Assembly (NCBI GenBank): GCA_950097015.1 | Contig: CATNEN010000001.1 | Span: 13,516,001 to 13,580,000 of the forward strand | Length of the DNA stretch: 64,000 nucleotides | Direction of reading: 5' to 3' | DNA from: Macrostomum hystrix | Taxonomy: Eukaryota; Animalia; Platyhelminthes | Shown: positions 49,080 to 61,217 of the stretch, in pieces | How positions within the stretch are numbered: position 1 is the first letter of the stretch | Layout of the letters: every line of letters starts with the position of its first letter | The notes under the pieces: model-generated | Databases searched by the model: none | Told to the model about the DNA's origin: nothing | The model's input: the letters and a program-made list of their open reading frames with translations, nothing else | Program-made: the position numbers and the translations under genes

Positions 49080-52010
49080 ATGTCCGCGTCTTCTTCATCT
49101 TCAATCTCCCTGTCAGTGGCTGCTGGCTCTGCAGCAGTGGCTGCGGTCATGGGCTCGGCTGCGCCCTGCAAGATGCGCCGGACTGTTGCGGACGGTGTTG
49201 GCAGCGGCAAAGTGTGCAGCATCTGCGGCGACAAAGCTTTGGGCTACAATTTCGACGCTATCAGCTGCGAGTCTTGCAAGGCTTTCTTTCGAAGGAATGC
49301 GCTTAAGGCTGAGGTGACTAGCCAACTCGGTCATAACGACCGCCTCACAGTTTGTACTCTAGCTCCCGACCAATCACTACCCAAAACCTCACAGTGTGTA
49401 CTCTAGCTCCCGACCAATCACTACCCACCACCTCACAATATGTACTCTAGCTCCCGACCAATCACTACCAAAACCTCACAATATGTACTCTAGCTCCCGA
49501 CCAATCACTACCCAAAACCTCACAATGTGTACTCTAGCTCCCGACCAATCACTACCCAAATCCTCACAATGTGTACTCTAGCTCCCGACCAATCACTACC
49601 CAAAACCTCACAATGTGTACTCTAGCTCCCGACCAATCACTACCCAAATCCTCACAATGTGTACTCTAGCTCCCGACCAATCACTACCCAAAACCTCAAT
49701 GTGTACTCTAGCTCCCGACAAATCACTACCCACCACCTCATAATATGTACTCAACTATCGACCAACCCCTAATCCACCACCTCACAATGTGTACTCTGAC
49801 TACCGACCAATCACTACCCACAACCTCAAATTATGTACTCTAGCTCCCGACCAATCACTACCCAAAACCTCACAATGTGTACTCTAGCTCCCGACCAATC
49901 ACTACCCACCACCTCACAATATGTACTCTAGCTCCCGACCAATCACTACCCAAATCCTCACAATGTGTACTCTAGCTCCCGACCAATCACTACCCAAAAC
50001 CTCAATGTGTACTCTAGCTCCCGACCAATCACTAACCACCACCTCCCAATGTGTACTCTAGCTTCCGACCAATCATTACCCACACCTCACAATATGTACT
50101 CTAGCTCCCGATCAATCACTAACCGCAACCTCACAATGTGTACTCAAGCTCCCGACCAATCACTACCCACCACCTCACAATGTGTACTCTGGCTCCCGAC
50201 CAATCACTAACCACCAGCTCTCAATATGTACTCTGGCTTCGACCAACCCCTAACCTACCACCTTACAATGTGTACTCTGACTACCGAGCAATCACTGTGA
50301 TTGACAGGTACCCGAGTGTATGTTCTCTCAGCGCTGTTGCATCACAATCGCTACCAGAAGGTTTTGCACGAGTTGTCGCCTAAAAAAGTGCCTTGGAGCT
50401 GGCATGCGGCCTGAGCTGGTCAATGGTAAATAAGCTTTGAGTTTGTTTTAATATTATTCAGCTATTATTAAGCTAGAATCCTATAAAACAGTGTCGCATT
50501 GTTACCACTGCAAACCCGAAAGCAGCCGATGAATTGCGCGGTCGCAAATCTCAGCTAAGGCGTCGCTGCGAACTCGATGCGTCAGGCGCGCCGCAATTAA
50601 AAATCAGTTTCAAATCAGACAACTCCGAAGCAGCCGCCTCTGAAATTGGCATTCCTCTGTTCGCTTCAATAGCAACTGTACCAAATGTGAAACTGGAAAC
50701 TACCGACGAGGAAGTGTTCGCCGACTCTTCTTCATCGCCAGCGGATGACCATACGGCTCAGCATTATCAGGCTCACCTGCCCTTGCCTAATTATCCATCC
50801 ACCTTAAATAGTCAGCGGGATAGTCTGCACGGTCAGGTGGAGTCCATGCACATGCGAGTTGGTCAGCAGCCAATCATTGCCAGGGCTCCACCGTTGCACA
50901 ATCCGGACCAGCTGCTAGTGCTCGGCGGCGGCGGCGACGCTTCGCAGTCGGCACCTGGCGGCCGAAGGTGCCTCAGCCACGAGCAGTGGCTGGCTGTTGC
51001 TGATTTGAAACAGGTGTGGGGCATGACTTTTAGGGTTTTGAGATTCTGTCATTGGTTGGAGGGGGTAGGGGTTTGAGATTCTGTCATTGGTTGGAGGGGG
51101 TAGGGGTTTGAGATTCTGTCATTGGTTGGAGGGGGTAGGGGTTTGAGATTCTGTCATTGGTTGGAGGGGGTAGGGGTTTAAGATTCTGTCATTGGTTGGA
51201 GGGGGTAGGGGTTTGAGATTCTGTCATTGGTTGGAGGGGGTAGGGGTTTGAGATTCTGTCATTGGTTGCAGGGGGTAGGGGTTTAAGATTCTGTCATTGG
51301 TTGGAGGGGGTAGGGGTTTAAGATTCTTTCATAGGTTGGCGGGGTAGTATTTTAAGAATCTGTTGATGATAGGGGTATTGTAATGTGAGACTTTACCTCA
51401 CTGATTCGTCTAAGGTGTATGGGTCTTCAATTATTTTTTTGGTTGGAGGACTTAATTAGAGCCTAGATTTCAAGTTAGGACATTTAGGAATCTTCTATTA
51501 TCTATTAAATCTCATAAACTCTTATGTATATTTCGATTAGGCCTACGAAATAAGCTTCTCTGACGCCTCAGACGACGCCACCCCCGCTGGTTGCCGCGAC
51601 GTGAATAATCTGGTCAATTCGTCAGGCTTCATTGTCAAAAAGCTGATTCTATTCGCCAAGAAGCTGCCCGACTTTGTTGGCCTGAGCCAGCCCTGCCAGA
51701 TCGCCCTTCTGAAAGGCGTGGTAATCTGCACCCTGTTCCTCAGATCCGCCGTGCACTACCATCGAGATCGCGACGTCTGGCTGACACCGAAGGGCGAAGT
51801 GCCCACCGCCATCCTGAAGGACATACCCGGCTTCGCCGAGCTCTACGACGACCACCTGCGCTTCTGCCGCCAGTTTAAACTGCTGTTCCACGATCCCTAT
51901 CTGGTGCCCATTGTGCAAGTGCTGGTCCTGTTCACACCCGATAGGCCCAGTGTTGGCAATAGGACTCTGGTGTCTAATGTGCAGGACAGGTCTGTCCAGG
52001 GCTGCCTGCC

Positions 52011-52064
<54 letters not shown>

Positions 52065-52437
52065 GTAGCCCATGAGAACTATTGCTCACATCTCGCACCC
52101 CAGGTACATCTGCCTGCTCAAGCACTATCTGGAAGGTCGCAACGGCTTCGCTGAAGCCAGACGCCAGCTGCCACGCATCCTTCTGCTCCTAGAAGATCTG
52201 CAGGACCTGGCAGAGAGGCACGGCCGCCTTCTGTTGCACGTCAATCCGTCTCAAGTGGATCCCCTTTTATTGGAAGTGTTCGACATTGCCATGAAGTCCT
52301 CAGTCAGCAGCAGTACTAGCGGCGGTGTCAGCGTCAGCTCCGGCGCCGAGAGCTACTACAGCGGCGCAGCTGTTGACACTACGGCCGCCCTGTCCACAAT
52401 GGGCGTGTTTGGCCTCGGTAATATGGGAAGGATGTGA
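49080..52437 (+). CDS. Nuclear hormone receptor, NR1J (HR96/DAF-12-like), 5 exons: 49080-49313, 50308-50425, 50526-51013, 51541-51989, 52104-52437
   Basis: DNA-binding domain CSICGDKALGYNFDAISCESCKAFFRR (the ESCKA P-box typifies NR1J) and second finger C..CRLKKC..GM; LBD FAKKLPDF..L..CQIALLK, LFTPDRP, LLLEVF. Start codon uncertain. Confidence 0.88.
49340..50290. repeat. ~44-bp intronic minisatellite (cctcacaatgtgtactctagctcccgaccaatcactacccaaaa)
   Basis: Tandem array in the intron between the two zinc fingers. Confidence 0.92.
51032..51345. repeat. ~35-bp intronic minisatellite (gtttgagattctgtcattggttggagggggtaggg)
   Basis: About 9 G-rich tandem units. Confidence 0.9.
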
Positions 52438-52577
52438 CTTCGCGTTTTCCTACAACGGTGTTTAATGATAGCTCTCTCTTAATTGTGTTGCATCCTGTAC
52501 TGTGACTGCGTCGCCACTGTTGTGTGAGCGCTTTAGTAATGTACAATAAATTTACTTTGTTCAAAACATTTTTAAAA

Positions 52578-53060
52578 CTGCCTTTGAGGCACTCCACAAT
52601 CTGTCACTCCCTTTGAGGCTCTCCATTATCTGTCACTCCATTTGAGGCACTCCATAATCTGTCACTCCATTTGAGGCACTCCATAATCTGTCACTCCCTT
52701 TGAGGCTCTCCATTATCTGTCACTCCCTTTGAGTCACTCCACGATATGTCACTCCCTTTGAGGCACTCCATGATAAGTCACTCCCATTGAGGCACTCCAT
52801 GATATGTCACTCCCATTGAGGCACTCCACGATATGTCACTCCCTTTGAGGCACTCCATGATATGTCACTCCCATTGAGGCACTCCATGATATGTCACTCC
52901 CATTGAGGCACTCCACAATATATCACTCCCTTCGAGGCACTCCATGATATGTCACTCCCATTGAGGCACTCCATGATATGTCACTCCCATTGAGGCACTC
53001 CATGATATGTCACTCCCTTCGAGGCACTCGATAATCTGTCGCTGCCTTTGAGGCACTCTG
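52578..53060. repeat. 29-bp minisatellite (tttgaggcactccatgatatgtcactccc)
   Basis: Tandem array just after an AATAAA (52545) downstream of the nuclear receptor. Confidence 0.9.
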
Positions 53061-53984
53061 TGAGAGATACAATTCAGACTACTGACAACAGTAGAAAAGC
53101 AAAGACTTGGCTGCAAAACTCTCACATAACACTAAAAAAATACGAGCGTATCGCCATAAAAATTGCAAGCTTAAAAGAGACTTCTGTGCACACTGAGAGT
53201 GGTGGGAGAGGACGGCGTGTGGCTATGGCTGACTGACGAAGGCAAACAAGCCAGAAACCGGTCTCGGTCTGCCAGCGCGAGGTTCGTTCCCCACTTTTAG
53301 TGTGTTACACACTCCATAATCTGTAACTTCTTGGGGCACTGTATAAAAAATACACTAGCCAATTTATCACCATCTTTAAGACCGCCGTTTCTACCTTATG
53401 CTCCCACACATTGGATGTTTTCTAGGTAATTTTGAGTAACTTTGAGTTTACTATATATAAAAAACAGCAACGCAGTGCTCTGAGATTTCTCGGTCAGTGC
53501 CTTAAACTTTTTTATGTTGTTTAAGCCGTATCTTATTACAGATAAAACACATAACTAGATGATTTAATTTTGCCTAAACTCTCATCGATTCCGCATTGAA
53601 AAATACACACAGACTACTGGCGTGATGTGTACAAGTAGATAAGTGCGATGCTTTAAACTCGAAATTGTTTCTCGATTAATAAAGATAACAAAAGCGAGTT
53701 TTTCTTCCAGTTTAATTTTTTGTCTTTTTATTTTCACTCGTTCTTGTTGTTAATTTTGTCTTCATAAACAGTAGAATCATGCTTTTCATTGCCTTGTTTT
53801 GTGTCTTACTTTTAATTAGAATATTTTTGTTGATTGTTATATAGCCTACTTTTGTAGCATTAATTCGCTTTATTTGCACTATACTGTAATTTCTGTAAAG
53901 CATTTTCCGTCTAAACGTAGCTTAGTTTTTTAATGAAGTGAATTATTAATGGACCTAGAATCCTATAATTCAATCTAAATACTC

Positions 53985-55700
53985 GGATTTGAGTAGACAA
54001 ACTCCCAGATCCTCCTGTACGAGTAGGTACTCTCCCAAATCCTCAGATTCTAACAGACAAACTCCCAGATTCTCAAGTTTGAGCATTCAAACTCCCAGAT
54101 CCTGAAGTTTGAGCATACAAAATCCCAGATCCTGAAGTTTGAGCATACAAAATCCCAGATCCTCAAGTTTGAGCATACAAGCTCCAAGATCCTCAAGTTT
54201 GAGCATACAAGCTCCAAGATCCTCAAGTTTGGGCATACAAGCTCCAAGATCCTCAAGTTTGAGCATACAAATGTCCCAGATCCTCAAGTTTGAGCATACA
54301 AACTCCCAAATCCTCAAGTTTGAGCATACAAATCTCCCAGATCCTCAAGTTTGAGCATACAAATCTCCCAGATCCTCAAGTTTCAGCATACAAATCTCCC
54401 AGATCCTCAAGTTTGAGCATACAAATCTCCCAGATCCTGAAGTTTGAGCATACAAACTCCCAGATCCTCGATTTTGGGCATACAAACTCCCAGATCCTCA
54501 ATTTTGAGCATACAAATCTCCCAGATCCTCAAGTTTGAGCATACAAACTCCCAGATCCTGAAGTTTGAGCATACAAACTCCCAGATCCTGAAGTTTGAGC
54601 ATACAAGCTCCAAGATCCTCAAGTTTGAGCATACAAATGTCCCAGATCCTCAAGTTTGAGCATACAAACTCCCAGATCCTCAAGTTTGAGCATACAAATC
54701 TCCCAGATCCTCAAGTTTGAGCATACAAATCTCCCAGATCCTCAAGTTTGAGCATACAAATCTCCCAGATCCTCAAGTTTCAGCATACAAATCTCCCAGA
54801 TCCTCAAGTTTGAGCATACAAATCTCCCAGATCCTCAAGTTTGAGCATACAAACTCCCAGATCCTCAATTTTGAGCATACAAACTCCCAGATCCTGAAGT
54901 TTGAGCATACAAATCTCCCAGATCCTCAAGTTTGAGCATACAAACTCCCAGATCCTCAATTTTGGGCATACAAACTCCCAGATCCTCAATTTTGGGCATA
55001 CAAACTCCCAGATCCTCAATTTTGGGCATACAAACTCCCAGATCCTCAATTTTGGGCATACAAATCTCCCAGATCCTGAAGTTTGAGCATACAAGCTCCC
55101 AGATCCTTAAGTTTGAGCAAACAAAATCCCAGATTCTCAATTTTGAGCATACATACTCCCAGATTCTCAAGTTTGAGTAGACATACTCCCAGATTCTCAA
55201 GTTTGAGCATACATACTCTCAGATTCTCAAGTTTGAGTAGACATACTCTCAGATTCTCAAGTTTGAGTAGACATACTCTTAGATCCTCATGTTTGAGTAG
55301 ACATACTCCCAGATCCTCATGTTTGAGTAGACATACTCCCAGATCCTCATGTTTGAGTAGACATACTCCCAGATCCTCATGTTTGAGTAGACATACTCCC
55401 AGATCCTCAAGTTTGAGTAGACATACTCCCAGATCCTCAAGTTTGAGTAGACATACTCCCAGATCCTCAAGTTTGAGTAGACATACTCCCAGATCCTCAA
55501 TTTTGAGCATACAAACTCCCAGATTCTCAAGTTTGAGTAGACATACTCTCAGATTCTCAAGTTTGAGTAGACATACTCTCAGATTCTCAAGTTTTTAGCA
55601 GACATACTCCCAGATTCTCAGTCTTGAGCACAAACTCGCTGATGCTCAGGTTTGAGCAGACAGACTTAATGTGTGAGCAGGAAAACTTCAAGATCCTCAG
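53985..55700. repeat. 30-31-bp minisatellite (cagatcctcaagtttgagcatacaaactcc)
   Basis: About 1.7 kb tandem array sharing the core cagatcctca.gtttgag with 40470-41705. Confidence 0.95.
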
Positions 55701-57119
55701 GCTTGAAGAGAAACCCCTGACACCTGAAATCAATCCATTAAAAGTATCAAAACTCAAGTATCTAATCTCGCCATACAGAAACGCGGTCGAGTTTTTTATC
55801 TTCTCTCAAAGCAGACAAGAGTAGGTGTGTATTTTGCTACCCTTATTCGGCTTGTTGAAATATTCTATTCGTATTATTAGCATCAATATAAATAAGCTAC
55901 TGTTAGTAGTTGAGTTTTCTGTGTCCCATTACCGGCCAATAGGTATGCAATTTGTAATTGCAGCATTCTACTTTTTCAATTTCCCTTTAGACTCTTTATA
56001 TGCCTACTGTTATGTACCTTTGCATCAAAGATTGAGTCCTAACTGTTTTTTCATGGTCACATTTTGTAATCAATCAGTGTTCCTAACTATTTTGTTGCCT
56101 CTTATAATTAATAATTTTTATCCTTTGTTAGTTCTATTTCCCCTGTGTGGCTAAATCTCTGGTGTTTCTCTCGCATGACAAAAATGTACTTTCCTATTTT
56201 TACATTTTTGTAATGCCTTGATTAAAACCAAAACATTTACTGTAAATCATGTACCAAAACGTTGTGCCAGATAAAAATCTTAATCTGGAAAATATATAGA
56301 TTTGTTTTTTGTAGATTTCTTTAGATTAAAAACGTGGGGATAATTTCGTGAGAGTTAAATGTGTCCTATCTGTGCATCACATTACTAAAATAAATGCTGA
56401 GTCATCTGTGTTTTATAAACTGGCTTTATTTCGATCACATCCAGGCACAAACTGGAGGATTTCGGGCTGGAAACTTTATCCCACACACACAGATAGGCAA
56501 TCCTATCTGCAGTCTAATTTTATGGTTGAAAAATAATAAACCATCCAACTGGTCCTTCCCCAAGGCAGCCACACTATTTATAATAATATATTTCTATGAA
56601 TGTACGCAGCCACGAATCAAGTAGAATGTACATTAGGGTCTTGTATGCCACCCACCACCCCACTGTCCACCCTGCCCACTTCACTTCTCGTCCCTTCTCT
56701 TGTCTGTGTCGTAGGGGAAGCCCTCTTCGTTCTTGCTCTAACTAAATAGTGTAAAACCTAAGCCCTGACCCTCCGGCTAAGACTGGGGCCGATTGCCGAT
56801 GCCTTCCCTAAACAAGCTTACGCTTTCATTTAACTCTTACCGAATTTAGGCTCGTTAGGCTTAATTCCCTGAAAAACGAAGTCTTTAAAGTGTAGTTCTA
56901 GCAGCATCTAGCTAGACTTAAAGTCGTAGTTAGCGGGGTGAAAAATACGGTAGAGTCTTGATTATTTTAGTCTACTGGACAATAACTGTATTGGTGAGTG
57001 ATTGGTCAAATGCACTCACACATTAAGTGTGGAATTTCATATAATTCTACTAATCGTATCTGACCATTCGTCATTCGAGTCTTATTGTCTTTCTTGTCTT
57101 TCTGAGACCAACTCTTTCA

Positions 57120-57738
57120 GACAGTGACTCAAAATGTTCGACAGGGACTCAAACTGTTCGACAGTGAGTCAAACTGTTAGACGGTAGACAGGGACTCAAA
57201 CTGTTAGACGGTAGACAGGGACTCAAACTGTTAGACGGTAGACAGGGACTCAAAATGTTAGACAGGGACTCAAACTGTTAGACAGGGACTCAAACTGTTA
57301 GACGGTGACTCAAACTGTTAGACAGGGACTCAAACTGTTAGACAGGGACTCAAACTGTTAGACGGTGACTCAAATGTTAGACAGGGACTCAAACTGTTAG
57401 ACAGGGACTCAAACTGTTAGACGGTGACTCAAATGTTAGACAGGGACTCAAACTGTTAGACAGGGACTCAAACTGTTAGACAGGGACTCAATCTGTTAGA
57501 CAGGGACTCAAACTGTTAGACAGGGACTCAATCTGTTAGACAGGGACTCAATCTGTTAGACAGGGACTCAATCTGTTAGACAGGGACTCACCTGTTAGAC
57601 AGGGACTCAAACTGTTAGACGGTGACTCAAATGTTAGACAGGGACTCAACCTGTTAGACAGGGACTCAATCTGTTAGACAGGGACTCAAACTGTTAGACG
57701 GTGACTCAGCCTGTTAGACAGGGACTCACCTGCTAGAC
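57120..57738. repeat. 19-20-bp minisatellite (ctgttagacagggactcaaa)
   Basis: Tandem array. Confidence 0.92.
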
Positions 57739-58186
57739 TAGCTATAAAGTAAAAACAGTGACAAATGTTACATTATTTTTTCCAAATCATTTATAATTTG
57801 AAGTTAGCAATCAGTTTTTAATGGAATTTGAAAGTAAATATATCTACATTTTTGTTTGGAGGAGCTGAACTGTTAGAAAAGTTAGATTAACCAACAGGTT
57901 TCTAGTAGTCATTCTTTCCTTTGTTTCTCGCCACTAGCTTGCTGTGCCCCTCCTGACATCTGGCCCCACACCCCCAAATAGCCGACACGAACCGGTTCCG
58001 CGTGCCGCGTCTGGTTGGTCAGCCTCGACCCACCACCCCTCTCTCCCCCTCTGCCCCGCAATGAAAAGAAACACAAGAGTTTGGCTTTTGACAAAGCGAA
58101 GAGAAGCAAACAGAAGGTTGGAGTATAAACTATAATTAAAAAATCTAATTTTTCAGCTCCTTATTTATTAACAAACCAGCAACAAA

Positions 58187-60123
58187 ATGGACTTTAACTA
58201 TGCGGATAAGTTTGTCACAGCCGGTAAGAAGCATGCTTTATTCCCATTAAAAGTCTCTAATCTCATTGCAATGCTCCTGAAGTACTTCTTTGTTGTTTTT
58301 CTCTCCAAAAAGGTCTCAAATTTCCTGTGATGTCGTCGGATCCAAAGGCAAAGAGTGAGCTGCTTGACTGTGACTACAACAAGAGATACAGTCTAGAGGA
58401 GGCTAGAAATGGGCAAAGTGAGTCCTTGTTCTCAAACTTTATTTTGTGGCTGAAGGATCTGGGTGATAAAACTTTTAAAGTGCAAACGCAATAAAAACGT
58501 AGCCATTGTTCTTTTTTAAGCGTCCAGAAAAATTCGCGTCTACTGCGACGGCTGCTTCGATCTGTTCCACTATGGCCACATGCGGGTGCTGCTGCAGGCC
58601 AAGTACTTGCTGCCAAACACCTATCTGATTGCTGGCGGTAAAACTATACGATATGTGTCGAAAAGTGCAAGTTTTAATAAATTTAAGCTTCGTGTCAGCA
58701 TCGAATAATTTGTATTTCAGTCTCAACCGACAGCCAGATCAGGCAGTGCAAAGGTGTCAGCCCAATTATGAGCAGAGTCGAGCGTTTGGCTTCTGTTGCA
58801 ATGCTGCCGTTTGTTGACGAGCTTCTAGAAGATCCTCCACTTCTGCCTACGAGAGACTTCTGCAAGAACTACAAGGTGAGCCTGCTTATGCTGGAAAAAG
58901 TAACCACCTTGAAGATGAGACTGTGAAATTTCGCCTGTCTAAGAGGTGACACTCCTGTCTAACAGGTGGACACTCCTGTCTAACAGGTGACACTCCTGTC
59001 TAACAGGTGGACACTCTTGTCTAACAGGCGAAAATCCTGTCTAACAGGTGACACTCCTGTCTAACAGGTGACACTCCTGTCTAACAGGTGGACACTCTTG
59101 TCTAACAGGCGAAAATCCTGTCTAACAGGTGACAATCCTGTCTAACAGGTGACACTCCTGTCTAACAGGTGGACACTCTTGTCTAACAGGCGAAAATCCT
59201 GTCTAACAGGTGACAATCCTGTCTAACAGGTGACACTCCTGTCTAACAGGTGACAATCCTGTCTAACAGGTGACAATCCTGTCTAACAGGTGACACTCCT
59301 GTCTAACAGGTGACACTCCTGTCTAACAGGCGAAAATCCTGTCTAACAGGTGACAATCCTGTCTAACAGGTGACACTCCTGTCTAACAGGTGACACACTT
59401 CTGTCTAACAGGTGACACTTCTGTATAACAGGTGACACTTCTGTATAACAGGTGACATTCCTGTCTAACAGGTGACACTTCTGTAACAGGTGACATTCCT
59501 GTTTAACAGGTGACACTCCTGTCTAACAGGCGACAATCCTGTCGAACAGGTGACACTCCTGTCTAACAGGTGACACTCCTGTCTAACAGGTGGACACTCC
59601 TGTCTAACAGGTGACAGACCTGTCTAACAGGTGACACTTCTGTCTAACAGGTGACACTTCTGTATAACAGTAACAGGTGACACTCCTGTCTAATAGGTGA
59701 CACTCCTGTCTAACACGTGACACTCCTGTCTAACAGCTAACACACCTGTCTAACAGGTGACACTCCTGTCTAACAGCTAACACACCTGTCTAACAGGTGA
59801 CACTCCTGTCTAACAGCTAACACACCTGTCTAACAGGTGACACTCCTGTCTAACAGAAAAAGCGGTTTATAATATTTCTACATACATATGAGCTAAAAAA
59901 TACCTGCAATTTGCTTCCTCTCCCGTAGATTGACTTTGTAGCACACGACGCCGTTCCATACACCTCCTGCCTGCCACCTGAGGAGAGCTACGAGTGGGCC
60001 AAATTAGACGGTATGTTTCTAGAGACCCAGCGCACAGAGAGCATCTCAACAACAAATCTCATCGAGCGAATTGTGCAAAGGCGAGACGAACTAGTGCTGA
60101 GTCGGCCGCATCAGCACCAGTGA
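58187..60123 (+). CDS. Choline-phosphate cytidylyltransferase (PCYT1/CCT-like), 5 exons: 58187-58223, 58313-58417, 58521-58637, 58721-58875, 59929-60123
   Basis: Absent from the ORF track; spliced by hand: [36 protein letters not shown] (HxGH motif), [30 protein letters not shown]. Confidence 0.85.
58935..59856. repeat. 20-21-bp intronic minisatellite (ctgtctaacaggtgacactc)
   Basis: Tandem array; reverse-complement relative of 57120-57738. Confidence 0.92.
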
Positions 60124-61217
60124 GTAAGTGACACCGCACTGATTTTAAAACTATAGCAACAGTTTGCTGAATGTTTACTAGGTACTGCATAGTTATCAAT
60201 ACTGGTATTGCTGAATGTTAGAAAAGTAGATTGCTGCTCTGATGAATGCTTTATTATTTACAGTTTTGTCCCATTATTCTTACAACTCCATATTTATTGT
60301 GTAATTGTACATTTTTTAATTAGTTTTATAATTGCGCATTCGTAACGTACGCGTAATGATATGCTCATCCACACGTGCTTAGACTTATGCATGTGTCAAA
60401 TTTAAGCTAGTTGGTTTCTTTTGACTTATTTCTTTTTGAGTGCAATTATATTTCTGATTTGTTTGTCATTAAAAGCATTTGTTTATTACTTGAAATTCAT
60501 GATCCTGTTGTTTTTATTGCATGAGTGACTTGATTTATTGAACATGTTTAAATATACTTTTTGAATGGTGCATTTTCTCCTAAGTAAGGCAGAAAGTGGA
60601 ATAAATTTAGTCGAACATATTTATTTAGTAATTTGGAGCACACTACTTTTTTGTTCAAGCAGAAAACTTAAATATTTTCAAAATCATGCAAACAAGTCTT
60701 CTAATTGTTTGTAAGTAAAAATTTTTATTAAAAAATTTAAATAAAAAACGGACGTGCTTGTCAACTATAATTAAGGAAAAGTTTTGATCAAAGCTTTTAA
60801 CTAGCATTTGTTTTTTTAAGATACGGTCACAACTGTGTTGTTTAGCAGTGATTGGTTAAAGAATTATATTTTTATAGAATAAGATGCTTGTTACTTTTCG
60901 CAGTTCGTTAGCAATGTAGACGAAATACTGAAGGTAAATAGTACGTTACAGTAACGTTTTAAATATGCAATAAAACAAATGACTATGTGTTTAACAATAG
61001 AAAGTTGATTTTGTGGCATTCTTTTGCAAGTATTAAACTACAAAATACTAAAACTGTTTGACAATGAAAATTTGTAGCATAATATGTTTGCATTCTGTAG
61101 CTACGGTTATCTATGGGCATGTTCAAATTAGAATTCACTCACTGATTTTTCGTACATTTGTGGAGTTTTAGGCAGCTACTATCATAGTCAGCTTTTTAAT
61201 TTACCAAAGCTAACAAA

